Below the pieces are notes generated by a model that saw only the letters and a list, made by a program, of their open reading frames with translations, was not told where the DNA came from and ran no database searches. Made by a program: the position numbers and the translations under genes. From Amoeboaphelidium protococcarum X5 (Eukaryota; Fungi; Aphelidiomycota), in assembly GCA_023515725.1 (NCBI GenBank), contig JALDTO010000162.1:479555-543554 (forward strand): a DNA stretch of 64,000 nt, read 5' to 3'. Of this stretch, positions 13,203 through 26,256 are shown piece by piece (the first letter of the stretch is position 1; every line of letters starts with the position of its first letter).

Positions 13203-14042
13203 ATGGTCAGAAAATCTGGTTATGGTGGTGGCGGACGTGAGTAAATCATGTCTAAACTAATGTTCATTGCTGGCTTTGTATTCTTTGCCTTGGACATTCT
13301 GTCGCTAGGTACAACGTTCAGCTTCATTCAGACAAGATTGTATCCTATAAGTCCAAGTAATGCTCGGTTCAATTACTATAATAAGACGAGTCAGTCCACA
13401 GTTTATTTCAATACCACCGGAAATCCTAATCTATACGTTGTTGATTCCTCCATATGCCTACCCATGTCTCCTGATCGCATAAAGGACAACTTCCGCTTGA
13501 ATATGTGGTTTGCAGGTGCCTTCTTCCTCGTCGCCTCGGTGTTGACCATCTTGTACACGGCTTATGCTTCGTTTTATATTGCTGGACGTGGTGTGTATTA
13601 ATGTACCGATGGTGAAGGCAATTCTACTTGTAAATTGTACTTGGTGAATCCGTGGTTTGTGTAACTGAGATAGCTGTACGCTGGCAAAGGTTGGATGTCG
13701 GAAGGTGATAGCCATCGCTTGAATAAGCTGGATCATAATTACCAGGCGTTAACTGGGTACTTTTCATATGCTCAACTCTTCTTCCTGGCAGCGTTTATCT
13801 TGATGTGCAGTCCTAATAGCAGCTTTGTCGACCCCTTGTCATTGCTGAACTATTGTGCTTCTGTCGCGTCCATAATCCGCAAAATTCCCAAAATTGCGTC
13901 CGTCACTGTGAATTTTGCTGGATGTTGCTGCTTCTGCTTCGGTAAGAAGGGCCGCTATGTCGAAGCATTCATTGGTATATTGATTTGTCTGGCTATTATG
14001 ATAATGCCCATAGTGAGCTTCTTCACATATGTTCCCTTTTGA
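13203..14042 (+). CDS. unknown multi-pass membrane protein, 279 aa
   Basis: Track ORFs 13248 and 13695 join via TAR=Gln; 4-5 hydrophobic segments; Cys cluster GCCCFCFG. Confidence 0.7.
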
Positions 14043-14189
14043 TCGAAACGCCATATGATGATGATAATTTAGCATTTTGAAATAGATAACAATTATGATA
14101 TACTATATTGTTCAACTTTCACGTACTCTTTATATTCAAATTTCATGATATGGTACTATAAAGATAGCTCCTTTCAGATCTTGGCCAAA

Positions 14190-16067
14190 TCAGCTCGAAT
14201 CTTCCATTTCTACATCCATGTCGACAAACATCGAATTGATGGACGAGTCGTATTTGGCAGCGCTTTGAGGTGACTAGATGGTATCATTAGATACCAATTC
14301 AAAAGATAGTTGTATGTCTGAATCCTGTTCATTCTTAGTATACTCTGACACAGACACGGTGGATCCTTCTTTAATACACTTCTCTGCCTCCCATTGCTTA
14401 CTGAATCTGACTCGAAGCACTTCTTAACCAGCACCATCTCCCACAGCGTCGCTCGCCTCGACATAGCCAAATTTATGAAGATGCTTCAGTAAAATCGATG
14501 GTCCAGGCATTCCAGATCCGGCTTTCATATAGGTAGGCTGTTTAAGAACAGCATTATACGGACTGACAACTAGAGTTCGCGGTCTATTATCCAGACTAAA
14601 CGCTGCCGCTCCGCCACCTCTTCCTGACGATGTACCTCTACCTCCCCGGCCACGAGCCCGCCTACCAGCGTAAGCGCCACGGATAGGTGCTGTACCACTC
14701 CACGGCTGGACACCTTATGGCTAGACTTGAGGCATCTGAACGTCAGAGCCATTCGACTGAGCATTCTACTACGCAGCCTATAGATCACTTTACATGGTAC
14801 GAGTTTCAACATCAACTTGTGGTTATTCTTCAGCTTTAACAATCTTTGCAGTTGGCAACTTGATGACTGAAGATACCGCCTATAACTGTTGTAAAATCTT
14901 GTTCTTCTCCTCCTCATTCAAATGTCCAATATTAGCCATCAGAAGGCGCCTCTACTCATCCTGCTTCTTGGCCAATTCCTGCATTTACTAGCTTAAAGCC
15001 TACTGGAGCTACAAATTTTACTCCTTCTTTTATTAAAGCTCTTCAGCCGTCATTTTAACCATTTCTACTTCTTAATCCGCGCTGTTATCGCCACTCTCAC
15101 CTGAATCTTCACCATGTCTATCCCGGCTAACGTATTCTCTAACATTATAGACTTTGATAAATCGATTATTAAGGACAGCAGCGGGATCTTCAAAGGCCTT
15201 CTGGGCCATCTCAACACCACGCTACTCATCGTCGCCAGAGTCAAATTCGACTATACACTTTCCCTCCATAGGATAAATGTTAACATTCTTTATAGGCCCA
15301 TACTTTGAGAAATAATCGCGTATAACCTACTCCGGATTGTTATTAGTCTCAGAGGGAGTGAGGATCTCAGCAGGTACATTCACCACGGAGATCTTGTTGG
15401 TAAACTTGGAGACACTACGACGCTCAGCTCTGTCAAATCTCCCAGCGCCATAACTATTATTATCGCGGCGTCTATCACCATATCCATCTTGTTAACTACC
15501 ACCACCACCACGCCCAGATGAATACGGCGAGAATCTCTGACGCGATTAATAATGCTGACCGCGACCTCTACTGTCAGGTGGACCATATCTGCTAGAATCT
15601 CTATCATATGAATCACGCTATGCTCTCAGATCGTAATGTCCACGCTAAAATCTATCATGCTACTACTACTACTACTACTACTGACTACGGTCAATATACT
15701 ACTAATCGCGGTCTGTCTACTATTATGGATATTACTAGTTACCTTAATATCGCGGAGGATGACGGTCTCTCGGAGAAGCATAATTTTAGGAGCTAAACTC
15801 GTTAGCATCAACAATTCCAGTCTAAACGTATAAATCCAATAGCAAATCTAGGAAAACATCAGTAGACACTCTAGTAATAAAAGGAGCCAGGTCCCTGCTG
15901 AACTACTGGCGCAATTGCTCAACATCGGAGAATTAATTCTTACTAATAGCCACAATGTACTCTGATAGAACATTACTATCCGCGTCACTATAGCGTGGTA
16001 ATATTTAGAGCAACGACTACCGCAATTTCTCCCCTTTCTCCGCGGTAACATCCAATTACAGCGGCAT
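14190..16067 (-). CDS. RBM26: RBM26/RBM27-like RNA-binding protein (PWI domain plus RRMs)
   Basis: N-term DADSNVLSEYIVAI (PWI), RS/RG low-complexity middle, two RRM-like segments, coiled coil. Confidence 0.75.
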
Positions 16068-16342
16068 AATTCTATTAAGATTACAGGATAATAAGGCAAT
16101 CTAAAATCTAAAATAAAAGAGATGTTATGTAGATCTTTTGACACTCGCACTACAAATGATCTTTCGAAGGAGAAAAGAGCTCTAGACGCGACTAAAAGCT
16201 AAAAGTGACCGCAACGTTCAAGAGAAGGGAAAACCTCTCGGCGTATCGTTCTCGAAGAGAATTTTGCACGCAAATTCGCTATTCTCCATCACTCTTTGAG
16301 TGGCGGTGATATTATTGAGGAAAAAGATATACCAAAATAGTA

Positions 16343-18424
16343 ATGATTAGATAGATAGTAACGCGTCAAGTTGTGCGATTTGCATCATCTTCTTACCATG
16401 GGTATAAGCCGCCGCAGCCGAAGCCTTTGAAAGTACCTCCTGGATTGTTGGCACTTGGTATCACTGCCGCGCTTGGATCTGCGTTCTACTTGACAAGCCC
16501 TCCGCCATCATACAGAAGTCATCAGCTGGGTGAAGAGGGAACCGATGATGTTCGACACGACGTGTGGATCAGTTCTAATCCTGACTAGAGAAGACAGTTG
16601 GGACACGGCAAGATATCAGACTTGGTGCACAAGGCAAAAGACGCGGTGGAACACGTGGTGTAAGAGGTCATATCTGAGTAGGGCGATATTGTGGAAGATG
16701 TGCTGGAGGAAGCTGCGCGCGAAATCGTTGAGGAGACTGTCGGAGTCTCATTGTAGAAGGAAGAAGTTGCGGCTGGCTCATAGCATTCCGTAGCAGAGTA
16801 GAATGAGAAGTCTCAGGAAAATGGCAATGTTGTGCATACACCCTCTAAAACGTCTCCGTATGATGATATGATTGAATGTTAGTATCTGCTGATTGGCGGT
16901 GGTACTGCCTCTTTCAGTGCTATGAAATCGATATATCAGCAGGATCCGCAAGCTAGAGTATTGATTGTCAGTGCTGAGAGCCAGATTCCTTATATGCGCC
17001 CACCACTGAGTAAAGAGCTGTGGTAGGGTGAGAAGAGTTAGTCGGATGTGAGTGCAATCAAGTTCAAAGATTGGGGTGGTACTGAGAGAAGCTTGTATTT
17101 TGAAGACGCGTCCAGTTATAGCGTAGTCAAGTCTAGCGATTCTGTTGAGTATTAACAGGGAGACGATGGTGCCCATAAGCCGGTGATTATGCTCAACGCT
17201 TCTGTCTAGGATCTGAATGTTGATACACACCTGGCCAAGCTCAATACTGGTAGATTCGTCAAATACGAAAAAGTTCTGATAGCCACTGGAGGTAGTGCTA
17301 AGTTGGTAAAGTAATTGCCTGTAGAGTTCTAGAGTCGCGTCACCACTTTCAGAACTGTGGATGATTATAAGAGACTTGCTGATGTCATACAGAGTGGTAA
17401 CAAGCGTATCCTGATTGTCGGAGGTGGATTCTTGGGTAGTGAGCTGGCTTGTGGTGTAGCAAGATTTGGTCGTAGGTATTAAACGAAAGTCACTCAGATT
17501 ATGCCTGAAAATGGAAATATGGGACTTGTCTTGCCTAAATACTTGGTCAAGTGGACTACTGAGAAGGTGCGCGCTGAGGGTGTTGATGTTCTACCAGATG
17601 TGTACATCAAAGGTGCTAAACTGATTAATTCTAAGCAGCAGATAGAGGTTTAATTGGATAATGGTAAAACGGTACAGGCTGATCATGTTGTCGTTTGCGT
17701 TGGTATTGACGCTAATGTCTCTTTGGCGCGTAAGGCTGGTCTAGAGATTGACAAGGTGCACGGCGGTATTGTAGTTAATGACTAGCTTGAGGCGCGTAGA
17801 AATGTCTTTGTTGCCGGTGATGTAGCATCTTTCCATGACATCACTTTGGGCCGTCGTCGTATTGAACATCATGATCATGCTATCCTTAGTGGCCGCATTG
17901 CAGGTAGAAATATGGCTGTGAAGGAGGATCGCAAGAGAAAGTCTTACAAGCATCAGTCAATGTTCTGGAGTGATTTGGGACCAAATATTGGGTATGAAGC
18001 TGTCGGTATTTTGGATAGCAAGTTGAAAACTGTCGGTCTATGGGCAAAGTAGAAGAAGGTTGATACTCCAAAGTAGGTGGTGTCTGTCGACACTTAGGAG
18101 GACCATAACGTCCGTGTCACTAGCCCTGAGGATCTGGTAGAAGCATCCCCCGCTGATGTTCTAGCCAAGACTGAAGCGGATTTCAAGTAGGATGAAGATG
18201 CTGATGTTTATTCAGTGACGCAGTAGAACTCTTCATCTACCGGTGGAGATGATTACGGCAAAGGTGTTGTATTGTACCTAGATCCTGAGGATGGGAAGAT
18301 TGTTGGTGTCCTACTATGGAACTTGTTTAACCGCACTAATATTGCGCGAAGACTTGTTGCTGAGCAGAAGACTATACAAGACATTAGAAATTTGGCGTCG
18401 CTATTTAAAATCCATGATAATTGA
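16343..18424 (+). CDS. AIFM1: mitochondrial apoptosis-inducing factor (AIFM1-type flavoprotein)
   Basis: [77 protein letters not shown]. Confidence 0.93.
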
Positions 18425-18572
18425 TCCATTATTATTATTAGATTGAAGATTAAAAGTGATACAGATGCTATAAGGAAAAACAGTAATAACACTATTATAT
18501 CATTTGGAAACAGTATACTGTATATATTCTCTTCAAAACTCCCTACTATACTCTCAAATCAGAACCATGGAT

Positions 18573-19973
18573 TCACAGAGTTCTAGTGTACAAAATGTCA
18601 CTCTTTTTAAATCCATTAAAGTTGGATGCAGCACAAATGGTGTAAGCGCCAGTATTTTCAAAATACAGCCAGTCTCCGATTTCCATTTTCGGCAAAAGAC
18701 TATTCTTGGTAATACAGTCCATAGAGTCGCAACTAGGTCCCCAAATACTGCACGGGTACATTGCTGTGTCTTAAGCAGCTGACACGGTACCATGGCGGTA
18801 CACTAAAGGTTCAACGACAGCGTGATCAAACAAAATACAATTAAAGGATCCGTACACACCATCATTAACATAATACATAAAGCTCTACTTTCCACTGTCG
18901 GCATCTTGTACACTGCGGCGAGCCGTAATCTACACAGCCAGAGTAAAGGCAGAAGCAACAAAGAATCTTCCAGGCTCGGCAATAATATTGATTCCCATAG
19001 AATCGGGAAAGTGCACATCCAGAGCCTATCTGATCACAGCAGCAATCTCCTCAAAAGACACAGGAGCCGGCTGGTTAGACGGGAAACCACCTCCAATGTC
19101 CAACAAGGTAAAATTGAATCCCAAATCACGTCCCAGATCGAAAGCTCTTCTAGCAGCGATAATAGCATCACTAAATGCCTTGGCATTAAAGCAGCCACTA
19201 CCAACATGAAAACTAACACCGATAACATCAAGCTCTAACTCAGCAGCCACTCTCAACAAATGCTAAACCATGCTCTCGGATGCACCAAACTTTGTGCCCA
19301 ACTTGCAAACACTATGACTATCATCAGTTAATATACGCAAAACCAACTGGGCATTAGGATGCAACAGTTTAATCTTGTGCAACTCATCTGCATTATCAAA
19401 AGTCATCTTGCGTACACCCTAACTGGCAGCAAACTTGATATGAGACGCTTGCTTGGTAGGATTCGCGTAGATGATCTTCTCCGGCTAAACTCCCAGATCC
19501 AGCATGGTCTTTATCTCGCTCTTACTGGCGCAATCAAATCCAATACCTTCATTGACAAGTGTCTTCAGAACACCCATGTCGGTATTGCATTTGACTGCGT
19601 AGAAGGGCGCCACTCGTGGCAACTGCATCTTCCATCTCACATGCTGCCTAATAATCTCGCCAAGATCAGCCACAAAGAAGGCATCCTCCTCTCTATCGCA
19701 ATCATAAACTTGCTAGATCTTCTCCGATATGATGGCCATTGTCAGTCTATTATCAACCTCTAAATCGCCAATATTATCGTCGTCTTATACATTTTTATTA
19801 CTCTTCTTTATATCCGCTTCAGTGACGTCGACAGCTGAATCTATAGTCGGCTTATCACCAGCACCGCCATTGTTGTTCAAGAACCATGGAGATGAGTAGA
19901 GCAGTTTGTCTGCCAAGCACTAAGATTCATCGACATTTATAACCAATCTATTAACCTTGTCAATTTCCAACAT
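18573..19973 (-). CDS. ODC1: ornithine decarboxylase
   Basis: [46 protein letters not shown] motifs. Confidence 0.97.
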
Positions 19974-20499
19974 ATTTATTGTTTTGAAAGAGATACCAAG
20001 ATGTTTTAATTATGATGATGTAATACAAATCTAAAATATATAAAGTTTGTTTGCTCGTAATTTCGTTATCAGCCAAAAGTTAATTTATGCTCAGGCAAGA
20101 TCCAGTAGTTAAGCTTCAGGTATGTGTCTAAATTTAAAAATGGAAATCGCTGAATTACTATTATAAATAGACTTTTCAAGATTATAGACTTTCCGATAGA
20201 ATTATTTGATAACCACCAGTTGTAAACTTCAAAGTAAAGGCTTCGTTAATGCTTTGTACTGAAATTTGATTAAATGTGCAAAGTTTTGTTAAATTTCATG
20301 CTCCGCTCGATTTGATCATCGGTTTCTCTCAACCTTATCATGACGCAGATCTACTGTACACTCGATTAGAACTACCTTAAATTGGAAAAATTTCTCAAGT
20401 ACTGACCAGTGTTATTCAGTAATAAATACAACTTGGATTCTTTCTAAAAAAATACTATTTCAGCATTGCTCTTGAAGACTTGATGTACTGTATGTATGT

Positions 20500-22755
20500 A
20501 CAATATTGTTATCGACCTCACTTTTAAAAATATAATCACGCCTTACCAAAACTTCCTACCTCCCTATCCCGGAGTGTCAGAGTAGCAAATATCATCTAAT
20601 AAGGAAATTTCATCCGGATATTACTCCAAAATAATGCCAATAAACCATTGCACACCTAATTAAGCCATTCTTTTCAAAATATTAATGTCTCTCACCACTG
20701 TCTGAATTGTAGCGGCCAATTAACTTTACAACTATTACGACAAAGAACCCTTGCTAAGGCATTTTCTCAACGATCCAACCTCCAGAGTAGACATAGAATG
20801 AGCACTTTTCAGCTTTGTCATTAGCAATGTCTCTTCTGTATTATTTCTTTTCTAACCACTTGAACGCGCATCACATTTATCGCGAGTTAGAGAGAGCTGC
20901 TAGCACGATAGTTGCCACGTCTCGCTGTCTGGGAGGACTAAACACTTCTCTTTTTACGCGGAGCTACCTCGATATTGTCAGATTAGGTAGTATCATCACT
21001 GTCTTCCTAGCGTTCTTCATGACTTTCAATATCACGGATGAATTTTGGCGTCTACTTCTTAGGCTGATGTATGTCCGATTTAGACCTGCGATTCCATTCA
21101 ACCTCCTAGAACATATATCGCCCACCGCTTTATACTGACGTACCACTTTATCGATCATCAACATACTCCTTCTTATAAAGAGGCAGAAATCTATTGTAGC
21201 CTTTCCACCTTTTTTGAAGAGATAAATAAGACACCTCTTCACGAGACTTTCCAACTTGACGGCTTTAGATTTTCCACTTTTAGTAGGCATCCATTTTTAC
21301 AAATTTCAGCTAAAGGACGCTTTCATGCAACTTGGAACAAAGATTCCTTAAGGTATAAACTTCGTGGTACTGACGATGAGCAGCTGTCAATGAGCTAGCA
21401 GATATTTCGCGTCGGATCCATTCCAATGTACCCATAGAGACGAAAACTTCTTCCTCCACACGCTTGAACAGTTTATCAAGCGAATTCTTTTCATAGTTCG
21501 GATCCCCCTCTAGGGACTGAACAATGAGACTCTCTTGATTTGCGTCGAACACACGCAAGGCCTGACAGAATATGGAACCAACTTCCATCACACTCTGATA
21601 TTAACTAACAATACTCTTAACATCTGAATGACCGGCTTCCATCAGCTTACGAATGATTTTCAAACTGCGCCCAAAACCGAATCCTTTTACATTGTCAGAG
21701 TAATCGTTGCCTGATACTACTGCGAGCGCAACCCAGGCAGAATTAGTTAGATTTAATTTATCACAGACCTCTTTCCTCTCCAGCACAAAAAATTTCATTA
21801 ATCCGCAGTCAGATGTTGGCTTTGCAGCTACTAAGACATTCTTATGCATGAACAGATCAGAATCAAAGCTTACTGCGACGACTGGATCTTTACACTTGGC
21901 AATGTGAACATCTGCCTCTCCACACGCAACTTCAACATTATAGCCCGCTTTAATCAGCTCTTAATGTAGATTTGACGCGTCATCAGCCTTAAAATGCCAA
22001 GTAGAGCGCTCAAGCTTTCCAATCATGCACCACTTTGCTTTACTCACTTTCTGATCAACCGGCAGATTTTCTAAACAATTACGCAGTTTCAGAATTTGTT
22101 TCAGTCTTGCATTGACGCGTTTGAGAGAAGTCTGAGATTTCTCGCAAGTCTGCTCTCCTTCAAACACCAATGTGACAATGTCTTTTAATGGCCTAGCCTC
22201 ACCTTAAACCATCACCATTTAATTAAGAGGAAGCGCTGTCTTTACGAGATGGATGCTAGCCTCGAGGGGATTCTTGCTGCGATTGTAAATTCTGCGCAGA
22301 TGACGATAGAATGTACCATTGAAGTCTACCATAATCTTGAACTGCGATCCTAAAGCTGAGGTGGCCATTTAACCCATGCTTTATATATCAACTGCTCTTT
22401 GATTGCTAAAGAGGTTCAGCCTTCTTAATTGACGATGAACTCCCTTTACACCCGTGGTCTTCTTCGAGTTGATTATACCTTACAGGAGTGAATAGACGAC
22501 TGATTCAATTGAAGCGTGTTGGACGCATCGTATCAACGATGATCTGGCCAATAATGTTAAATCATACGGTTGAAACTGGATCGTCGACGGTATTGCGCAA
22601 GAGAGCTCATATTCATATTATGGGTTAAGAAATAAGACTACAATAGCGCAACATTGTTTGAAGATATGTAAAGCATGCTGATGCTGATTGGTAACCGACT
22701 TAAAATTAATTGCGTGTTAATTAGTGATAGTGTCAAAGGTAATTAATTCATCCAT
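20500..22755 (-). pseudogene. XPG/FEN1-like PIN 5'-nuclease with H3TH motif and a frameshifted, truncated C-terminal extension (possible Fanzor N-terminus)
   Basis: [ACG]GVKG at 22455, MVDFNG, VFEG, GEAD, SFDSD, SGNDYSDNVKGFG; main frame ends at TGA 20818; an overlapping -1 frame continues HSMSTLEVGSLRKCL...; an upstream in-frame ATG lies at 22755. Confidence 0.7.
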
Positions 22756-23715
22756 AGAATCAAGGAAACCATTTTCGTAAGACGTTCATTCGTAAAATCT
22801 TTCATTGAATAACAGGTCTTTAACTGTCCCTCCAACTTGAGGAAGGTAGTCTGCTAATTTGCAGTTTCTGTGCTTCCGGTAGAAGTATTGAAAGTCGTGA
22901 TCAGTGAAGTTTGGACAACGATTAATGAAACTAATCATCATCAACAGTGTAGATCGTTCAATTGCGTCGTCATATACAATATTATGAGCAGTTTACAACC
23001 CACAGATCGTAAATGAATATTCACAGGTTCATGCTGGAATTTCTTCTTTGCGAATGTAATTGTTCTAAATGTAATTATCAACTTTAAAAGATGCACATTG
23101 ATATCAAGGCCGAAAGCTTATAGAGACCTTTAGCCTCTGGTTCATAGACGCCATTATTAGCTAGACGATCAGCGTCACTCTTAGGCCAAACTGAGACAAC
23201 CACTTCAGTGTTTGGCTTTTCAATTGCCACAATAAGTGATCGACACGTAATTGGATAAGATACCTTGTACTTAGGTTGCTTCTGAGGCTTAGCCCAAGAG
23301 ACGGTCTACACACCAATGATTCCGTTTAAAGTTAACATATTAGATTAGATTTGATTTAAAATAGAGACTTAAACTGATTGAAAAAAAGAAGTAATTCAGG
23401 TAAAGTGACGCATTAAATGGGTGCGCAAAGCAGCGGTATTGGCGAATGCTTTGTTCATTTCATGTGATTGGCCGAATTACCTTGTAATTAAGTAAACTGC
23501 TTAATTTAGCTTATGTTACTATTCCTGCTGATTTTTAGCAATATAACATCAAATGATAGAAAGGACTGATCACGTCGTCGTGGTTGAGCAATCGCGTCAT
23601 TTTGTAGCGACGTCTAACATTGGCGGCGGCTCTATTCAGCTTTGTCTTTTTGAATCTTTTCGCCTACTCCTCTCTCTTTGCTCTCTGGTGTGAAAATCGC
23701 TTTGAAAATCTCAAA

Positions 23716-25428
23716 ATGGAAAATTCAACGAGGAAAATGTGTCTGAGACATTCTAATGCTGCTGCTTATGGCACATTTCATGACCATTTGGATGATGGAG
23801 ATTTACATGCATTTCAGCAGTTATCTATTCAAGAGCAGGATCAATTGTCCATGGCTCGTGAAGTGTATAGCAACGCGTCTGATCCATTGAGAAGACTGTT
23901 ATTGAAGAGCATCCTATTTGATTCTTGTTCATCCCAGATATCGCTGATAGAGTCTGAAATTAAGTAGTATAGTAAGGTTGATTTCCTATCTGAGTTACCG
24001 AATGAGCTGGCTGTTTATATTCTGAAGAAACTGGATATCTAATCTATTTCTGCAGCATCGACTGTATCTAAGCGGTGGAATTCAGTGTGTAATGACGATA
24101 ATCTCTGGTTTCATCTATGTGGACAGCACATTGGTAAGCGCTGTGATGGTTGTGGTATCACTCTGCCTGTTGTACGGTATAAGCCGCCTTAGATTAGCGC
24201 CGCTGTATGCTCCTCCTCATCTTCTTCTACAACTGTGAATTCTTCTCACATGTCCACTTCTGAAGATCATCATCACCATCTTAACAATAATCACTAGTAA
24301 TAGCTCTAAACTTAGAGGCGGCGGTATTATTCTAAATGGAAATAGATTTTTATTGACCGATATGTAATTGATAAGAATTGGGAGTATAACAGACACATTG
24401 CATTTCGCGTCGATGGTTAATATTCGCTGGTGAAATTCTGTGGCGAGTCTAATACATTGCTGGCTTTCAACAACTTATAGGATGAACTTGTGTGCTTCAA
24501 AATTGTGGATGCTTAGTCTATGTCGAAGCCTGGTTATGCTGTGGAAATGTATAGAGTATCTATGCCACAATCAATTAGTGATCTGTACTTTGATGCGCGT
24601 AAAATTGTTGCATTTGGAGGACATGGTATTTTTATCATGGCTCTTAATGATGGGTCTGTACTGAGTGAGATAAAAGTATCTTAGCTCTTCTAAAGGCCTG
24701 ACTATTTTATAGAATTTTCAGCGACAGATGGGTAGAAAATTGTCGTGTTGCATAAATCAATCCTGGTTGTCTACGATCCTGGGCGCAAGTTTAGGAAAGA
24801 GTATGATGTTAGTGAATACTTTGGACTGGATGGTGGTGGAGGTATGTAGATTATAATCGAAAATAATGTTGTAGTCGTTACTTGCTAAACTGTAGACGAA
24901 ACGACCTTCTGCTTTATCGATACTGATTCTGGAAGAGTATGTAGTTAGACAATACGATGCGAACTATTGTGCCTCTCCCTGGTGAAAATGAACCAGAATA
25001 GTTACCTGATGAAGTTATTGGATAATTATTCGTCAGAGTACGAGTCTTATGACTACAAAATCATTCGGTTTGACTTTTAGCAACTGTCTGTTAATGCCAG
25101 TGGCTTCATGTACCGTGCTTTAGGGGAACTTATTGGATTTGGTGACATCTAGAAGGCATCAGGCAATCGCTTTGTTGGTAGATTTAGTCTTGGCGGTATA
25201 TTTCTAGCAAAACAGTCCAGTCTTTATGGCTCTGATTTGTACCGCAGGCCACACTTTTAGACTCACAAGCAGAAGCCAGACTATCTCAAAATCTTATGGG
25301 ATCAAGAACAAAATAGTTTGAGTTATTTACACCACGTAGTCGAGCATATCTCTGAAAGTAAACTGGTACTGCGAAGTAAGAACGATATTGTAATTTAGGA
25401 CTACTCTGTCACGAATTTGGATATATGA
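23716..25428 (+). CDS. F-box protein, Met30/SCON-2-like N-terminal half with divergent propeller
   Basis: VDFLSELPNELAVYILKKLD...VSKRWNSVCNDDNLWFHLCGQHIGKRCDGCGITLP...WKQIFIDRYVIDKNW. Confidence 0.85.
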
Positions 25429-25542
25429 TGATTAAAAGTATAATTGTACTTTTTGCACATTAAAATTTTTATTTAATCCTTAACTTTTAATCAACATCAT
25501 TTTAAAATTCGATAAATAACCATCCACCAGTATTTAAATAAA

Positions 25543-26256
25543 TCAGCGCATTCTGGAAATCGACCTAACTAGAGGCTTAGTTGCAACTTTAAAATGAGCA
25601 GCCATAGGAGTACTTTAATATTCTGACGAGCGATGGTAAGCTGGAGATGAGGCAACAGGTGTCTGCGGGAATTTGGTCTTCATTGGCTGAAACATTTTCT
25701 TCGTCTCTGCCACGTGAGCCTTGTGAGAGGCGGGAACTGTCTAATACTTTACCACGTCAGCGTAAGTGGATGGTTGTTTCACCTGTACGCAATTCTCCTA
25801 TCTAAATTGACGCTTTCTCTTCATCTCATGCTCAACATTATCAGTAAATTGCTATCCGCCAAATCCAGTAAATTTGAACGATGTCACCTGTTAATTATTA
25901 CTTTAGTCTCTCATAGACACTCCATCTTGGCGCATTACATTAGTAATATCAACCAGCGGTCCTCCGTACTCAGTAGCGAAAAACTTTCTCTTTTTCTAAT
26001 CTTTTCCCGTATTATGGACTTTTGCTCTTTAAGATAATTACTAGTAGGAGCTAGTACTATACTGTCCAGTCAGCGGATTAAGATTCTCCTTGTTACCATC
26101 AGCGCCGATATGATTTCTTTAAGGCACAGTAAAAGGAGTTTGCTAATTATGATAATTCTTTACCGGGAACTGATTAGTATTTAACAATACTGATTGTTAT
26201 TTTTGCAATTTGATCAATGATTATTACTATTCCATAGGATACTAATTCTTATTCAT
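25543..26256 (-). CDS. 237-aa disordered protein with KEN box, D-box-like motif and C-terminal MR tail (Mes1/OSD1-like APC/C regulator)
   Basis: ATG..TGA frame open only with TAR=Gln; GNKENLNP (KEN 26083-26091), GPLVDITNVMR (PLVDITN 25939-25959), ends VRSISRMR-TGA. Confidence 0.72.

Noticed and set aside
15655-15690. (CTA)n microsatellite
   Set aside because: It is a TAG-encoded poly-Gln tract within the RBM26-like CDS
20940-20960. Programmed -1 frameshift at T-AAA-AAG in the PIN ORF
   Set aside because: Not a full X XXY YYZ heptamer, and the copy has other lesions; a simple indel is more likely
22760-23340. Coding-like minus-strand frames upstream of the PIN ORF
   Set aside because: Interrupted by TGAs, with no recognisable domain
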